Shown in pieces: positions 23,461-24,000 of a stretch of DNA of 24,000 bases. A model generated the notes under the pieces. The model had not been told where the DNA came from. It was given only the letters and a program-made list of their open reading frames with translations, and did no database searches. The translations under genes were made by a program, and so were the position numbers. Within the stretch, counting starts at the first letter, position 1. The number at the start of each line of letters is the position of its first letter. This DNA comes from Thermocladium sp. (GTDB lineage: Archaea > Thermoproteota > Thermoprotei > Thermoproteales > Thermocladiaceae), in the NCBI GenBank assembly GCA_049965935.1, contig JBMFVP010000002.1, positions 35,644 to 59,643 on the forward strand. The letters run 5' to 3'.

Positions 23461-24000
23461 ATGAGCGATAAATGGGTCATAACTAACATAAAGGGCTTCA
23501 TAGAGAAGGCCGCTGAATGTGGCTTAGCATTCAAGGCAAATGGAAATTCACGGGGCGCAGTAATTATATTCTATGATATGTACTGCCCTGGTTGTGCATT
23601 AATGGAAATGGATCTCGGGGATTACTTCAAGGAACTCAGGTCTAAGGGGGTCGATATAATTTACATTGATTTCCCAGTTCATAAAGTCGATATGCTTCAT
23701 GCTAAGGCTAGAGTAATATATAGAAGAAATCCAGAGGAATTCCTAAAGGTTCTTGACTCAGCCTATGGAGACATGATAAACAAAGGCAATCTAATTAAAG
23801 ACTTGGATGTGAGCGATAACGACGCTAAGGCAGAATTGGAAAACGTGAGGAATTGCAAGTCAACCGCTCAATCGATAGGCATTAAGGGTACACCAACCAT
23901 AATAATCGCTAAGTATGGTCGAGACACAGCCACGGCGGTTTTCGGATACATTGGCCCCCATGAAGTTATGGATCTCGTATCACGAGAATTATTTCAATAA
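23461..24000 (+). CDS. DsbA/thioredoxin-fold thiol-disulfide oxidoreductase (CPGC active site), no signal peptide
   Basis: 179 aa. FYDMYCPGCA active site and C-terminal GIKGTPTIII (cis-Pro loop region). The stop codon is the last triplet of the window. Confidence 0.65.
   Translation: MSDKWVITNIKGFIEKAAECGLAFKANGNSRGAVIIFYDMYCPGCALMEMDLGDYFKELRSKGVDIIYIDFPVHKVDMLHAKARVIYRRNPEEFLKVLDSAYGDMINKGNLIKDLDVSDNDAKAELENVRNCKSTAQSIGIKGTPTIIIAKYGRDTATAVFGYIGPHEVMDLVSRELFQ

Noticed and set aside
1-24000. CRISPR arrays, transposases/IS ends, integrases, toxin-antitoxin pairs or known defence genes
   Set aside because: No regularly spaced direct repeats, no long terminal inverted repeats and no matching protein signatures were seen on either strand. 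The only dispersed repeats are the short hairpin-tail motifs reported above.

Overview
AT-rich (about 40% GC by eye) chromosomal segment of a crenarchaeote (Thermoproteota). The gene content includes Rpo8, S26e, TFE, a thermosome subunit, ArcTGT, an SmAP3-type Sm protein and a ThiR-type regulator. Together with TATA boxes about 25 nt upstream of most ATGs, this looks Thermoproteales/Caldivirga-like, but the taxon call is inference only. I call 32 protein-coding genes, one of them partial at the left edge. Almost all are housekeeping: translation, tRNA modification, transcription, chaperone/proteasome, isoprenoid/lipid metabolism, a MoxR-DUF58 pair and an ABC-2 exporter. I found no tRNA, rRNA, CRISPR array, transposase or recognisable defence/toxin module, and no convincing novel multi-gene protein system. 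The least explained signal is non-coding. GC-rich, G-skewed structured islands sit in the AT-rich spacers at 4870-5100, 7474-7635 and 11470-11575. A recurrent hairpin-plus-G-rich-tail motif is present in at least four copies, with compensatory stem changes between copies. The 4875-5004 island folds into three stable hairpins, two with GNRA loops, has its own TATA box and T-run, and does not fit tRNA, SRP RNA or canonical RNase P RNA by eye. Secondary points are a single palindromic TATA box centred between two divergent leaderless genes (Sm-like/Rpo8), an overlapping TFE-PAC2(HbYX) gene pair, an HTH-ThiN (ThiR-type) regulator, an archaeal presenilin homologue with the full YD/GxGD/PAL signature, and Q/P-rich C-terminal tails on two ribosomal proteins.
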